Source: Planctomycetota bacterium
GTDB taxonomy: Bacteria > Planctomycetota > UBA1135 > UBA2386
Length of the DNA stretch: 64,000 nt
Assembly: GCA_965223545.1 (NCBI GenBank)
Contig: OZ245006.1
Coordinates: 6,944,001 to 7,008,000 of the forward strand
Direction of reading: 5' to 3'
In this document: in pieces, positions 49,047 through 60,644 of the stretch
Numbering within the stretch: position 1 is the stretch's first letter
Layout of the letters: the number at the start of each line of letters is the position of its first letter
Translations under genes and position numbers: made by a program
The notes under the pieces: model-generated
Seen by the model: the letters and a program-made list of their open reading frames with translations, nothing else
What the model was told of the DNA's origin: nothing
The model's database searches: none

Positions 49047-49225
49047 TGAATGCGCCGAGATCCGTGGGGCGTGGTTGGCGGCGCGGCATCCTCGCCGCCG
49101 CGGTCGTGCTCGTTGGCCTTTCGCTCAACGGCTGTCAGTTCTTGCAGAACGAGTTCTTCTTCCTCGACACCGCCCGCCCCAAGGCCAGCGCGAACGAGAC
49201 CGGAGGACTCGGGTCGGTGCGGTGA
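49046..49225 (+). CDS. Small lipoprotein (59 aa)
   Basis: TGATG coupling with lysA; RRGILAAAVVLVGLSLNGC lipobox. Confidence 0.65.
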   Translation: MNAPRSVGRGWRRGILAAAVVLVGLSLNGCQFLQNEFFFLDTARPKASANETGGLGSVR

Positions 49226-49574
49226 ACGACGCCCTGCGCCAGCGGCTGCTCGCGGCCGACGGGGCCGGTGCTCTGACTGGCGATGACGTTCTGCGCGGCC
49301 GCGCCACCCACCCGGTGTGCGGTGACGAGATCGAGCTCGACGTCCGCCTGGATACCGGGTGCATCGACGACCTCGCCTGGCGCGCCTCGGGATGTCCGGC
49401 GTGCATGGCGGTGGTCGCCGTTGCGCGGGCAGCCGTGCGGGGTCACCCGCCGGTGGACGCGGGCGCGCGATTGCGCCAGCGCTTGCAGCGGCTGGGTGGT
49501 TTGGCCCCGCACGAGCGCCACGCGGAGCGACTGTGGAACGCGGCCCTGGCCTCGGCCCTCGGCGAGTCGGTGCG

Positions 49575-49578
<4 letters not shown>
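49222..49578 (+). CDS. Short SufU/IscU (NifU N-terminal)-like protein
   Basis: HPVCGDEI, ASGCPACMA; coupled by GTGA overlaps on both sides. Confidence 0.75.
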
Positions 49579-51177
<1,599 letters not shown>

Positions 51178-51191
<14 letters not shown>

Positions 51192-51627
51192 CCTGAACGC
51201 CCTCGCTCATCGCCAAGCACAGCCCGCCGGGGCCGCTGATGACGTCGACGCACTGCAGGCAGAGGCTGCGGCCGATCAAGGCGGGGTTGTTCGGCACCGT
51301 CGCGACGATCGACGAGAAGCCGGTCGGGATCGCGATGATGCCGGTCGGGCCGACCGCCATGGCGCAGTTGGTACCCGTGCAGCTGACTCCCGGCAACGAC
51401 CACGTCGGTCCGCAGGGGCCGGCGAGCAAGAGCTGTTGCGCCGCGCGCCCGCTGTTCGGGCAGCCGAACTTCATCTGCTGGCCGATCATCGCGGTGCCCC
51501 CGCATTGCACCGGGAGCGACCCCGTCGGACACCCCGTGCCGGGGATCGGCGTGCACTGGGCCGCGGCGTCGGTCGCGGCGGCGAACACGGCGGCCAGCGC
51601 GAGGAGGCGGAGAAGAGGTAGGCGCAT
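51178..51627 (-). CDS. Small secreted Cys-rich protein
   Basis: Signal peptide ending AAA-Q; 8 Cys; GTGCP...PNNPALIG.SLCLQ...LAMSEGVQVTF. Confidence 0.75.
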
Positions 51628-51779
51628 CGGAGTTCGCGGAGGCTGAGGGACGGGGGCCGTCCATCATGCGGCGGATGGACGGCGCCGCAAAGGGGGTGGC
51701 GTTCGGCTCTCGACTCCGCCCCTACGACGTCGCCCGACCATCGACATGCAGCCGCCGACAGGTGCGCCAAGTCCGTCGA

Positions 51780-53210
51780 TCAGTTGATCGGCACGACGAT
51801 GGCGTCGACCGAGGGGACCGATCCCGTCGCGGGGTTGCCGTCCATGGTGAGCCGCATCTGCAGATAGGGCTGTGCGTCGGCGACGTCGACCCTGGTCGAC
51901 CAAGGAGTGGCGCCGGTGCCGCGGTCGTCCTGCGCGCCGCGGTACTCGACCAGCAGTGCGCCGCCGGCGGGGACCGAAGCGGCGACCGTGGGGGTGTGGT
52001 AGTTCGGCAGCGCCGTTGGTGCCTTGCGCCAGGGCGAGACTGCGACGCTGCGCACGTCGGCGAGCACCACCTGCAGCACGTGGTAGGAGTTGTCCATCGT
52101 CGTGGCAGTGGTCGCCGCAAACGGATTGACCGGGTTCGTGGCGCTGCCGCCGCGCACCGCCCGCGAGTTGGGCTGTGGCGATGTGTTCACCATGAGGTAC
52201 ACCTGCGCGCCGTTGCGGCCGGTGGCGCTCGCCGAGGGGGTGGTGCTGATGTCGACCAGGAGGCTGTCACGGCCGTTGTAGCGGAATGGCTGCGCGAGCG
52301 GCGGGTACGGCAGGAAGCCGTCGGGCTGCACCGCCGACGGCGCGATGGAGTAGCCGCCGTCGAACACCTGGGTCGGGGTCTCGCCGGGCTTGATGTTGCC
52401 GGCGAAGCTCGAGGTCAGGCCGGAGTTGGGAAACTGCGGCAGCGACGAGAACAGGTTGATCGAGTAGTCCGGCACGATGTGCGAGTGCGCCAGCGCGATG
52501 GTGAGACGGTCGAAGCGGTCGCTCTCCACCGAGCCGCCGAAGGGCAGCCAACCGAGCCCGACCACCAGCTCTTCCTCGCCCTTGGCGTCGAGGTCGACGG
52601 CGCGATAGACCATTTGCGAGCGGGCGCCGAACGGGTTGAGGGGATTTTGGATCGGCTGGGAGAACGGCGAGCCCTGGTCCGGCACCAGCGATTGAATGCG
52701 CTGCCGCACCGGTTCTCCCTGCAGGCGGCCGCGCACCGCGGCGTCGAACTCACCGGTGTAGCCCTGCGCGGTCGGGTCGATCAGCTTCTCCACCAGCACC
52801 GTGCCGCTGCTGTAGAACGCGGTGCTCTCGCCATCCGAGCTCGCGAACAGCCCGTTGGGCGCGCGTGCATCCAGGACCACGCTCTGCAAGAACAGGGGAA
52901 TGCCGGTCGGCGTCGCCGCCACGGTCGGCGTGCTCGATACCCGGAGGCCCGAGGGCGGCATCACGCCGGCGTCGAGCACCACTGCGGTGCCGATGCCCGC
53001 CCCGGCCACCCCGAGGAACAAGGTCTCGCCGAGCTGCAGGTTGGGGCCGCCCGCGACGTCGATCAGCGTCGCGTACGGTAGGCCCGGCAGGGCCGAGAGC
53101 GCGCTGTTCACGGGATCGCCGGGCTTCTGCGCGACGCCCACGTTGAGGAGGGGATCCTGGGCGGAGAGTACGGTGGAGCAGGCGAGGACGGTGACGGCGG
53201 ACAGGCGCAT
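51780..53210 (-). CDS. Secreted hypothetical beta-rich protein
   Basis: MRLSAVTVLACSTVLSA-Q signal; coding-like codon usage. Confidence 0.8.
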   Translation of the reverse strand: MRLSAVTVLACSTVLSAQDPLLNVGVAQKPGDPVNSALSALPGLPYATLIDVAGGPNLQLGETLFLGVAGAGIGTAVVLDAGVMPPSGLRVSSTPTVAATPTGIPLFLQSVVLDARAPNGLFASSDGESTAFYSSGTVLVEKLIDPTAQGYTGEFDAAVRGRLQGEPVRQRIQSLVPDQGSPFSQPIQNPLNPFGARSQMVYRAVDLDAKGEEELVVGLGWLPFGGSVESDRFDRLTIALAHSHIVPDYSINLFSSLPQFPNSGLTSSFAGNIKPGETPTQVFDGGYSIAPSAVQPDGFLPYPPLAQPFRYNGRDSLLVDISTTPSASATGRNGAQVYLMVNTSPQPNSRAVRGGSATNPVNPFAATTATTMDNSYHVLQVVLADVRSVAVSPWRKAPTALPNYHTPTVAASVPAGGALLVEYRGAQDDRGTGATPWSTRVDVADAQPYLQMRLTMDGNPATGSVPSVDAIVVPIN

Positions 53211-53335
53211 GGAGGACTCCGGCGAGCGGGGCAAGAAGCGGGTCAAGAAAAGGGATCGGTGACAGCACCCGCAGTAGACGTCGACGCCGGCGCCCGTAAC
53301 ACCGCGCGGACGTCTGCCGCGAGTGCCAACCGAAA

Positions 53336-53354
53336 GTGTGCAGACGGTGCACAC
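53336..53354. promoter_or_regulatory. Palindromic candidate enhancer (UAS)
   Basis: Perfect GTGTGCA-N5-TGCACAC about 90-105 bp upstream of the sigma-54 motif. Confidence 0.5.
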
Positions 53355-53440
53355 GTGTGCTTGCTCGGGGCAGCGAAGGCTTTCCGGTGATGGCGTGCTA
53401 AAGTCATGCGATGCAGTGGATTGCATCTGTCTTGGTGGCT

Positions 53441-53456
53441 GGGCACAGCCGTTGCT
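53441..53456 (+). promoter_or_regulatory. Sigma-54 -24/-12 promoter
   Basis: gGGCACagccgTTGCT with GG-N10-GC spacing. Confidence 0.55.
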
Positions 53457-53467
53457 GTCGCCCCGGC

Positions 53468-55108
53468 ATGGCGCGTCACCCCCTGATCCCCTGCGCGATG
53501 CTGGCGCTCGCCCTGGCGGTGCCGGGGCAGCGCTTCGCCGATCGGGCGGGCTCTGCCGGGGGGGCGCGCGGGTTGTCGTTGGCCCGGGGAGTGCCGTCGC
53601 CGCTGCTCTACCTGTCGATCCAGCCCCACGGCGGTCGCCATCGGGGCGTGCAGGTGCGCCGCTTGCTGACCGACCCGACGCTGAGCCGCTGGCTCGGTCT
53701 GGGGCAGCTGGCCGCTGCCGACCGGGACCAGGCCAGCGACACGCTCGGGCTGGCGAGTGATCTGTTGGGGCGCACCGAAGCGCTCGGCGGCGGCATGGAG
53801 CTCGCGTGCACCGGCGTGGCGGCGCGCGGCATCCCGCTGCTGGTGTTTCGCGCCGACCTGGGCGACGAGGTGGCTGCCCGGTTGGCTTCGCTGTTGCGCC
53901 GGCCGGAGATCGCCACCGAGCACCGCGAGGTCAACGGCCATCGCACGTTCTTCCCCAAGCTCGGCGAGCGCGCACGCGGCGTGCCTCCGATCGAGCTCGC
54001 GTTGGTCGAGGATCAGCTGCTGGTCAGCAACGACGGGACGACGCTGACCGCGCTGCTCGGCGGCAGCCGGCGCACGCGGGCCGGCGGGGTGCCGCTGGCG
54101 CGGCAGGCCGCGTTTCGGTCGCTGCGCGCCCGGCTCGACGTCGGCCCCGGATCGATGGTGGTGTACGCCGACCTCGCGCAGTTGAGCAGCCACGCCTGGG
54201 GTGGCGGGCGGTCTGGAACGCACTGGTTGCTGCGCTGGTCGGGGTTGTCGACGACGGCGCGGTTGGCCTGCGCGATCCAGCCCGCCGCGCAGGCACTGCG
54301 CACCACGGTGCTGCTCGATGACGGTGGCGCCACGGATGGCTGGTGGCACACGGCGACGCAGGTCAAGGCGCACCGCCTCGTCACCCGACTGCCCGTCGTC
54401 GATGCTGGCGGGATCGTGCTGGCCGTCGAGGCGGAGCGCGTGCTGGGCGATGGCACGGTCGCGGCGCACGCCGGTGCCGGGCTGGCGGCGTTGCGCGCGG
54501 CGCTCACCGACGGCTGCAGCCAGCTGGGCTTGGAGCCGGGAGCGCCGCTGTTCGAGCGGCTCGGCGACACCCTGGCGATCGCCCTGCTGGGTGGCCGGGG
54601 ATCGGGCGAGCAGGTCGGCGCCGACCCGGGCCTCGCTGCGCTGCAGCCCGCCTACTCGCTGCATGCCAAGAGTGCCGCTGCGGCGCGCTCATTGTTCGGC
54701 GAGTGCGTGCAGCGCGTCGAGGAACGTGGCGTCGAGGCGGAGCAGCACCGCGAAGACGGCGGTGCGGAGCTGCTGCGATTCCGCCCCGGCGCGCCCGACT
54801 CGCTGTGGCTCTCGGTACTCGACGATGCACTCGTGTTGGGCGCCGAGCGGATGCCGATCGACCGGCTGCACGCTGCCGCGGGCCGGAGCGCCGAGCACCG
54901 GCGCGCGCGCCGGCGCGCGTCCAACGTCCTCGGTCGCCTCGGTGTGTTCCGCGCGCCGGTTCTCGGCGTGTTCCGCGTCGATCTATCGCCAAGGGATCGC
55001 GCCGCCGACCCGGATGCGGCCGGTGGATCGCTGGTCGAGCGGAGCCACGTCGGCTTCCTGCAGCGGACCGAGGGCCTGCTGCGCGTCGAGATGGAGACCG
55101 AGCTGTGA
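53468..55108 (+). CDS. Exported hypothetical protein
   Basis: Signal-like CAMLALALAVPG; long ORF with coding-like codon usage. Confidence 0.7.
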   Translation: MARHPLIPCAMLALALAVPGQRFADRAGSAGGARGLSLARGVPSPLLYLSIQPHGGRHRGVQVRRLLTDPTLSRWLGLGQLAAADRDQASDTLGLASDLLGRTEALGGGMELACTGVAARGIPLLVFRADLGDEVAARLASLLRRPEIATEHREVNGHRTFFPKLGERARGVPPIELALVEDQLLVSNDGTTLTALLGGSRRTRAGGVPLARQAAFRSLRARLDVGPGSMVVYADLAQLSSHAWGGGRSGTHWLLRWSGLSTTARLACAIQPAAQALRTTVLLDDGGATDGWWHTATQVKAHRLVTRLPVVDAGGIVLAVEAERVLGDGTVAAHAGAGLAALRAALTDGCSQLGLEPGAPLFERLGDTLAIALLGGRGSGEQVGADPGLAALQPAYSLHAKSAAAARSLFGECVQRVEERGVEAEQHREDGGAELLRFRPGAPDSLWLSVLDDALVLGAERMPIDRLHAAAGRSAEHRRARRRASNVLGRLGVFRAPVLGVFRVDLSPRDRAADPDAAGGSLVERSHVGFLQRTEGLLRVEMETEL

Positions 55109-55227
55109 TCTCTGCCTCGTCGACTTCTCGCCGTCGCGGCGAACTCGCGGCCGGTTGCGGCGTATGGAAACAACGCCGCGGGCGGAGCTCTGCTTCCGAC
55201 CCGGGGCAATCGTCACGCGTTTTCGTG

Positions 55228-55353
55228 GCCGGAGGCTGCTCTTCAAAGGGGCAGGCAGGAGCAGCCTCCGGCGTCTTTCACGTTGAGAATCGAGTTTCGT
55301 TGGACGCCGGGTGCCGTTCCTCAAGGGGCAGGCAGGGATGGCACCCGGTGTTC
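55228..55353 (+). ncRNA. Candidate structured RNA: twin hairpins with shared loop
   Basis: Hairpins 55228-55272 and 55302-55353 have unrelated stems but both carry TCAA(A)GGGGCAGGCAGG. Confidence 0.45.
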
Positions 55354-55479
55354 GTTTTCCGATTGTAGGCGAAAAATGCCGCGGTTTGGGGCGAACGGGC
55401 GCCCGTCGCCCTCCATCGTGGAGGACCTCGTCGTCGTGACCGCCGCGGCACCGGACGGCCGGCGTCGTCGGGTCGCCGC

Positions 55480-57048
55480 GTGAAGTCCGCAGTCGACAAC
55501 CCTGTCCCGCTCCCGCGAGGGGCCGCGCTGCCGCGCACCGATCGCTTCTCGCCGAGAGGGCGACCGCGGCGATCGCGCCGAAGCCGGCGACGGGCGGCCG
55601 TACTGGTCGGGGTCCACGTGGCCGCGCTACTGCACATCGCACATTGGCAGGTGGCGGGCGAAACCCTGTCGCCGCTCGAGCCGTCCGAAGCGATGCAGAC
55701 GCTGGAGCTCGGCTACGTCAACGCCGGCTTCTTGCTGTTTGCGTTGGCGATCGTCGCGACCTTGCTGCTCGGGCGCTTCTTCTGCGGCTGGGCGTGCCAT
55801 CTGGTCGCCTACCAGGACTTGTGCGCCGCGTTGCTGGCGCGCATCGGCCTGCGCCCGCGCGCGGTGCGTTCTCGCGTCCTCGTCCTGGTCCCGCTCGGTG
55901 CCGCGCTCTACATGTTCGTCTGGCCGCTCGTCGCGCGGTGGTGGAGCGGCGCGCCGGCGCCACCCCTGGTGCTGCACCTGACGACCGACGCGTTTTGGAG
56001 CACGTTTCCCGGTCCCTGGATCGCCGCCCTCACCTTCCTGGTCGACGGATTCTTGATCGTCTACTGGCTCGGTGGAAAAGCGTTCTGTGCCTACGGCTGC
56101 CCCTACGGGGCGGTGTTCGGCATCGCCGAGCGGTTCGCGCCCGGGCGCATCCGGGTCGACGACCGGTGCGAGACGTGCGGCCACTGCACCGCGGTCTGCA
56201 CCAGCAACGTGCGCGTGCACGAAGAGGTCGCGCGCTTCTCGATGGTCGTCGATCCGAGCTGCATGCGCTGCATGGACTGCGTCGATGTGTGTCCCAAGGG
56301 CGCGCTCTCCTTCGGCTTCGGTGCCCCCTCGCTGCGCCGTGCGCGGGCCGCCGCCGGCCGGCGCCGCGCCGACTTCTCGATTGCCGAGGAAGTCGCGCTG
56401 ACGCTGGTGTTCCTCGGCTCGCTCTACGCCCTGCGCCGGGCCTACTCGGTCGTGCCGCTTCTGCTGGCACTCGGTCTCGCGGTGCTCGTCGCGGTGTTCG
56501 TCGTCATCGGCTGGCGTCTGCTGCGGCGGCGCGATCTGCAGCTGCAGGGCCGCGTCCTCAAGGAAGACGGGCAACTCACCGGGGCGGGGCAGAGGGTTGC
56601 GCTCGGCGTCGTCTTGGCGGTGGCCGCCGTGCTGCACACCGGCGTCGTCCAGCTGCAAGTCGACCGCGGCAACGGCCACGCCCAGCGGGCGATGCTGGCG
56701 GCGGCCGGCAGCCGGGAGCGGGCGGTCGGCCTGGCGCACGCACGTGCCGCACTGCAGCGCGCGCACTCCTGGGGCGTTGTCGCCGATCCGGCGGTGCTGC
56801 ACGCGTTGGGGTTGGTCGCTCGCGAGCAGGGCGACCTCGACGCGGCTGAGGAGTTTCTGCGCGCGGCGCTCGCGCACCGGCCGGATTGGCCATCGGCAGT
56901 GGTGCCGCTCACCGATCTGCTGGCGTTGCGCGGGGCTTGGCCCGAGGCGGAGGAGCGCCTGCGCGCGGTGCTGCGCGCGGAGCCGGATTGTCAGCCGGCG
57001 CGCACCCGCCTCGAGCTGCTGCAGCGGCGCCAGGAGACCGGGCGCTGA
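55480..57048 (+). CDS. Membrane 4Fe-4S (NapH/CcoG-like) protein with C-terminal TPR
   Basis: FFCGWACH, FCAYGCPYG, CETCGHCTAVC, CMRCMDCVDVCP; TPR-like HALGLVAREQGDLDAAEEFLRAAL. Confidence 0.88.
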   Translation: MKSAVDNPVPLPRGAALPRTDRFSPRGRPRRSRRSRRRAAVLVGVHVAALLHIAHWQVAGETLSPLEPSEAMQTLELGYVNAGFLLFALAIVATLLLGRFFCGWACHLVAYQDLCAALLARIGLRPRAVRSRVLVLVPLGAALYMFVWPLVARWWSGAPAPPLVLHLTTDAFWSTFPGPWIAALTFLVDGFLIVYWLGGKAFCAYGCPYGAVFGIAERFAPGRIRVDDRCETCGHCTAVCTSNVRVHEEVARFSMVVDPSCMRCMDCVDVCPKGALSFGFGAPSLRRARAAAGRRRADFSIAEEVALTLVFLGSLYALRRAYSVVPLLLALGLAVLVAVFVVIGWRLLRRRDLQLQGRVLKEDGQLTGAGQRVALGVVLAVAAVLHTGVVQLQVDRGNGHAQRAMLAAAGSRERAVGLAHARAALQRAHSWGVVADPAVLHALGLVAREQGDLDAAEEFLRAALAHRPDWPSAVVPLTDLLALRGAWPEAEERLRAVLRAEPDCQPARTRLELLQRRQETGR

Positions 57049-57127
57049 CCTCGCTCGCACGCCGCGCTCGACGGCCGTAGAGTGCGGTCCCGCTTCGCAC
57101 CTCTCCGGCCAGGTGCCGGTTGCCACG

Positions 57128-58897
57128 ATGCACGATTCTCGCCCCACCCTGTTCGCGATCCTCACCGCAGCATTGGCGGTCCCCGCCGCTGCCCAGTCCG
57201 AGGCCCAGGCTTCGGTTGCCGTTCCGGTGGCGCCGGACCTCGCCGCCGCGATCCGGGCCGAGGGTCTGGAGCGCAGCCAGGTGATGCAGTTCCAAGAGGA
57301 GCTGTGCCACAACATCGGCGCGCGGCTGACCGGTAGCGACGCGTTCACCCTCGCCTGCGACTGGGCGCTGGATCGATTCGCCGAGATGGGCTTGGCGGCG
57401 CGGCTCGATGGTTGGGCGGAGTGGCAGTTGGTGTGGAATCGAGGCCAGTGGAGCGGACGGGTGCTCGAGCCCGAGGCGTTCGATCTGCAGGTGGCAACGC
57501 CCGCGTGGACCGCGCCGACGCGGGGTCAGGTCGCGGGGCGGCTGTGGCCGATGCCGAGCACCAGCGCCGCGCTCGAGGAGTACGAAGCGCTCGACGACGC
57601 CGTCTACCTGTGGGGGCCGCGGCCCGAGGGAGAGGAGAACGAAGCGCTGCGCGAGGCGCTCGACGCCGCGTTGGCGGCGCGGCCGCCGTTGGGGTTGGTC
57701 CAATCCGCGCGGTCGACCGGCCGCACCGACGAGCGCTACAGCGATCAGATCCGGGTGTTCGGCAACTCGATCACCGCACGGGGCAGCTGGGACAAGCGGC
57801 CGACGGTGCCGGAGATCATCGTCCGCGACGACCAGGCCGCCCGCATCGACGGTCTGCTCGCGGCGGGCCCGGTGCGCGTCCAGTTCGAGATCCGCAACCG
57901 CTTCCGGCCCGGGCCGATCGCGCTGCACAACGTGATCGCCGACTTGGTCGGCACCGAGAAGCCCGACGAGATGGTGATCGTCTGCGGGCACCTCGACTCG
58001 TGGCACCAGGCCACCGGCGCGACCGACAACGGCACCGGCGTGTGCTCCACCATGGAGGCGGCGCGCATTCTCGCCGCCGTCGGGGCGCGGCCAAAGCGCA
58101 CGATTCGCTTCGTCCTGTGGGGCGGCGAGGAGCAGGGCTTGCTCGGCTCGGCGGCGTACGTGCGGCGCAACCGCGCCGACATGAAGAACGTGTCGGCGGT
58201 CCTCAACCACGACACGGGCACCAACTGGGCCAACAGCCTGTCGGTGACGCACGCCATGCGGCCGTTGTTCGAGGCGGTGCTGGCGCCGGTGCAGGAGCTC
58301 GCGCCGCCGCAGGAGGGCCACGAGGGGCCGACCTTCACGCTGCGCTCTGCGCCGACGATGAGTGGTGGTTTCGGCGGCAGCGACCACGCCAGCTTCTTGT
58401 CGGCCGGGGTGCCTGCCTGGTCCTGGGGGCTCACCGGTGTCAACGAGTACGGTTACGGGTGGCACAGTCAGTGGGACACCTTCGACATCGTCATCCCCGA
58501 GTACCAACGCCACACCGCCACGGTCGTCGCGCTGACCGCGCTCGGCTTGGCCAACCTCGACGAGCTCTTGCCGCGCGAGGGCGTGCGGCGCACCGGCGGC
58601 GGGCTGGCGTCCTACTTCCGCGAGTGGTTCGGCTGGAGCGTCGACGACCGCGATGGAGCGATCGTGGTCACCGAGGTCGTCGCCGAGGGGCCGGCGGCGG
58701 CAGCGGGGGTGGAGGTGGGTGACGTGCTGCTCGAGGTCTGGGGGCAGGAGATCGGCTCCGAGATCGACCTCTACCGCGCCTACCGCCGCCGGCAGGCCGA
58801 CGCGCCCTTGGCCCTGCGCTGCCGCCGCGGCGAGGCCGAGCTCGAGCTGGTCGCGGCGGGCGATTCCGGCGGCGACGGCGTCCCGCGGCCCCGCTGA
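57128..58897 (+). CDS. Exported M28-type carboxypeptidase with C-terminal PDZ domain
   Basis: GHLDSW, GATDNGTG, GEEQGL, NHD, SDH, WHS; PDZ VTEVVAEGPAAAAGVEVGDVL. Confidence 0.9.
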   Translation: MHDSRPTLFAILTAALAVPAAAQSEAQASVAVPVAPDLAAAIRAEGLERSQVMQFQEELCHNIGARLTGSDAFTLACDWALDRFAEMGLAARLDGWAEWQLVWNRGQWSGRVLEPEAFDLQVATPAWTAPTRGQVAGRLWPMPSTSAALEEYEALDDAVYLWGPRPEGEENEALREALDAALAARPPLGLVQSARSTGRTDERYSDQIRVFGNSITARGSWDKRPTVPEIIVRDDQAARIDGLLAAGPVRVQFEIRNRFRPGPIALHNVIADLVGTEKPDEMVIVCGHLDSWHQATGATDNGTGVCSTMEAARILAAVGARPKRTIRFVLWGGEEQGLLGSAAYVRRNRADMKNVSAVLNHDTGTNWANSLSVTHAMRPLFEAVLAPVQELAPPQEGHEGPTFTLRSAPTMSGGFGGSDHASFLSAGVPAWSWGLTGVNEYGYGWHSQWDTFDIVIPEYQRHTATVVALTALGLANLDELLPREGVRRTGGGLASYFREWFGWSVDDRDGAIVVTEVVAEGPAAAAGVEVGDVLLEVWGQEIGSEIDLYRAYRRRQADAPLALRCRRGEAELELVAAGDSGGDGVPRPR

Positions 58898-59042
58898 CCG
58901 GGGCGTCCGCTCGGCGCGGCACAGCCGTTGCCAATGGCCGTTGCGGCGCTCGCACCGGTGGGGCTTTCGCCGAACTCGCGCGGAGGCGCCCGGTGGGGCG
59001 TGCTATATTCCTCGGGGCACCAGGGACGAGAACACCGTGGCC

Positions 59043-60617
59043 ATGAAGATCCAGCTGATCCATCCGCCGGTCTACATCAACAAGAGCGGACTGACGGCAC
59101 TGCGGCCGAGTCTGCCGTTGGGGTTGGCCTACATCGCGGCAGTGCTGCTGGAGGACGGTCACGACGTGTCGGTGATCGACGCCCTGGCGCTGGCGCCCGA
59201 GCGCATGGTCCCCGAGGGCGACATCTGGCGCCTGGGGCTGGCGCCGGAGGAGATCGTCGAGCGGATCGATGCCGACGTCGAGGCGATCGGCCTGACCAAC
59301 ATGTGGTCGTACTCGTGGCCGATCGTGCGCGCGTTGATCCACCGGATCCGCGAGCGGTTCCCCACCGTGCCGATCGTCTGTGGTGGTGAGCACTTCACGG
59401 CCACGGCGGCGCACTCGATGGATGAAGCACCGATCGACTACATCGTGATGGGCGAGGGCGAAGAGACCGCGTTGGCCTTGTTCCGCGCGCTCGAGATGAA
59501 GCTCGACACCTCGGTGATCCCCGGCATCGCCTACCGCGGCGCGGATGGCGGCTTGGTGCAGAACGAACGGCGCGACCGCATCCGCAACATCGACGAGCTG
59601 CCGTGGCCGGCGTGGCAGCTGTTCGACGTGGCCGCCTACGACGCGCACAAGTTCGTCACCGGCATCCACTACGGCCGGACGGTGCCGATCCTCGCCACCC
59701 GCGGCTGCCCCTACCAGTGCACGTACTGCTCGTCGCCGGGGATGTGGACCACGCGCTGGTACGCGCGCACGCCCACCGACGTCGCCGACGAGATCGAGTT
59801 CTACTTCCACCACTTCGGCGCGAGCAATTTCCCGTTCCAGGACCTCACCGCGATCCTCAAGCGGGACTGGGTGGTCGAGTTCGCCGGGGAGATCATGCAG
59901 CGCGGCTTGCGCATCACCTGGCAGCTGCCGGCCGGCACGCGCTCGGAGATCATCGACGACGAAGTCGCCCGCTTGCTCGTCGAGTCCGGCTGCCGCTCGA
60001 TCAACTTCGCGCCGGAGTCCGGCTCGGAGCGGACGCGCAAGCACATGAAGAAGATGCTGACCGACAAGAAGCTGTTCCGCGCCGTCGACGCCGCGGTGAA
60101 GAACGGCCTCAACGTCGGTTGCTTCCTGGTGCTCGGCTATCCGACCGACGAGAAGCAGGACATGCGCGCGACCACGCGGATGATCCGCCGGCTGGCGCGT
60201 GCCGGCGTCGACGATGTCAGCGCGGGCTTCTTCTTTCCGCTGCCCAACACCGAGATCACGCGGGAGCTGGAGCAGCGCGGCAAGGTCACCCTGGACGACG
60301 ACTTCCTCAAGCTGCCGGTGTTCGTGCACAACCGCTACATGAGCGATGCGCGCAACTACTGCGACCATCTGTCGGCGCGGCAGATGACGCGGTGGAAGTA
60401 CTGGATCGTCGCCAACTTCTACGCCACGTCGTTCGTCTGCCACCCAGGCCGAGTGTTCCGCATCTTCTGGAACTTCCTGCGCGGCCGGGAGACCTCGAAG
60501 ATGGAGTCGTTCCTGCACGAGACCGCGCGCAAGTTCAAGCTGCGGCGCCGGCAGCGGGGCGAAGAGACGGAGGCGTCGGCGCGAGACCGCGTCGCGGCCG
60601 GCAGCCTGCCCCATTAG
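59043..60617 (+). CDS. Cobalamin-dependent radical SAM enzyme
   Basis: LPLGLAYIAA, GGEHFT, GEGEET (B12 domain); TRGCPYQCTYC. Confidence 0.93.
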   Translation: MKIQLIHPPVYINKSGLTALRPSLPLGLAYIAAVLLEDGHDVSVIDALALAPERMVPEGDIWRLGLAPEEIVERIDADVEAIGLTNMWSYSWPIVRALIHRIRERFPTVPIVCGGEHFTATAAHSMDEAPIDYIVMGEGEETALALFRALEMKLDTSVIPGIAYRGADGGLVQNERRDRIRNIDELPWPAWQLFDVAAYDAHKFVTGIHYGRTVPILATRGCPYQCTYCSSPGMWTTRWYARTPTDVADEIEFYFHHFGASNFPFQDLTAILKRDWVVEFAGEIMQRGLRITWQLPAGTRSEIIDDEVARLLVESGCRSINFAPESGSERTRKHMKKMLTDKKLFRAVDAAVKNGLNVGCFLVLGYPTDEKQDMRATTRMIRRLARAGVDDVSAGFFFPLPNTEITRELEQRGKVTLDDDFLKLPVFVHNRYMSDARNYCDHLSARQMTRWKYWIVANFYATSFVCHPGRVFRIFWNFLRGRETSKMESFLHETARKFKLRRRQRGEETEASARDRVAAGSLPH

Positions 60618-60644
60618 GACGTCCGCAGCGAAAGGTCGAACGCG

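Noticed and set aside
51656..51683. 10-bp perfect hairpin as an intrinsic terminator
   Set aside because: No U tract after the stem in the direction of the flanking minus-strand genes; function unsupported
53311..53329. Minus-strand sigma-54 promoter (TTGGCAC...) for the 53210 gene
   Set aside because: No GC at the required GG-N10-GC spacing
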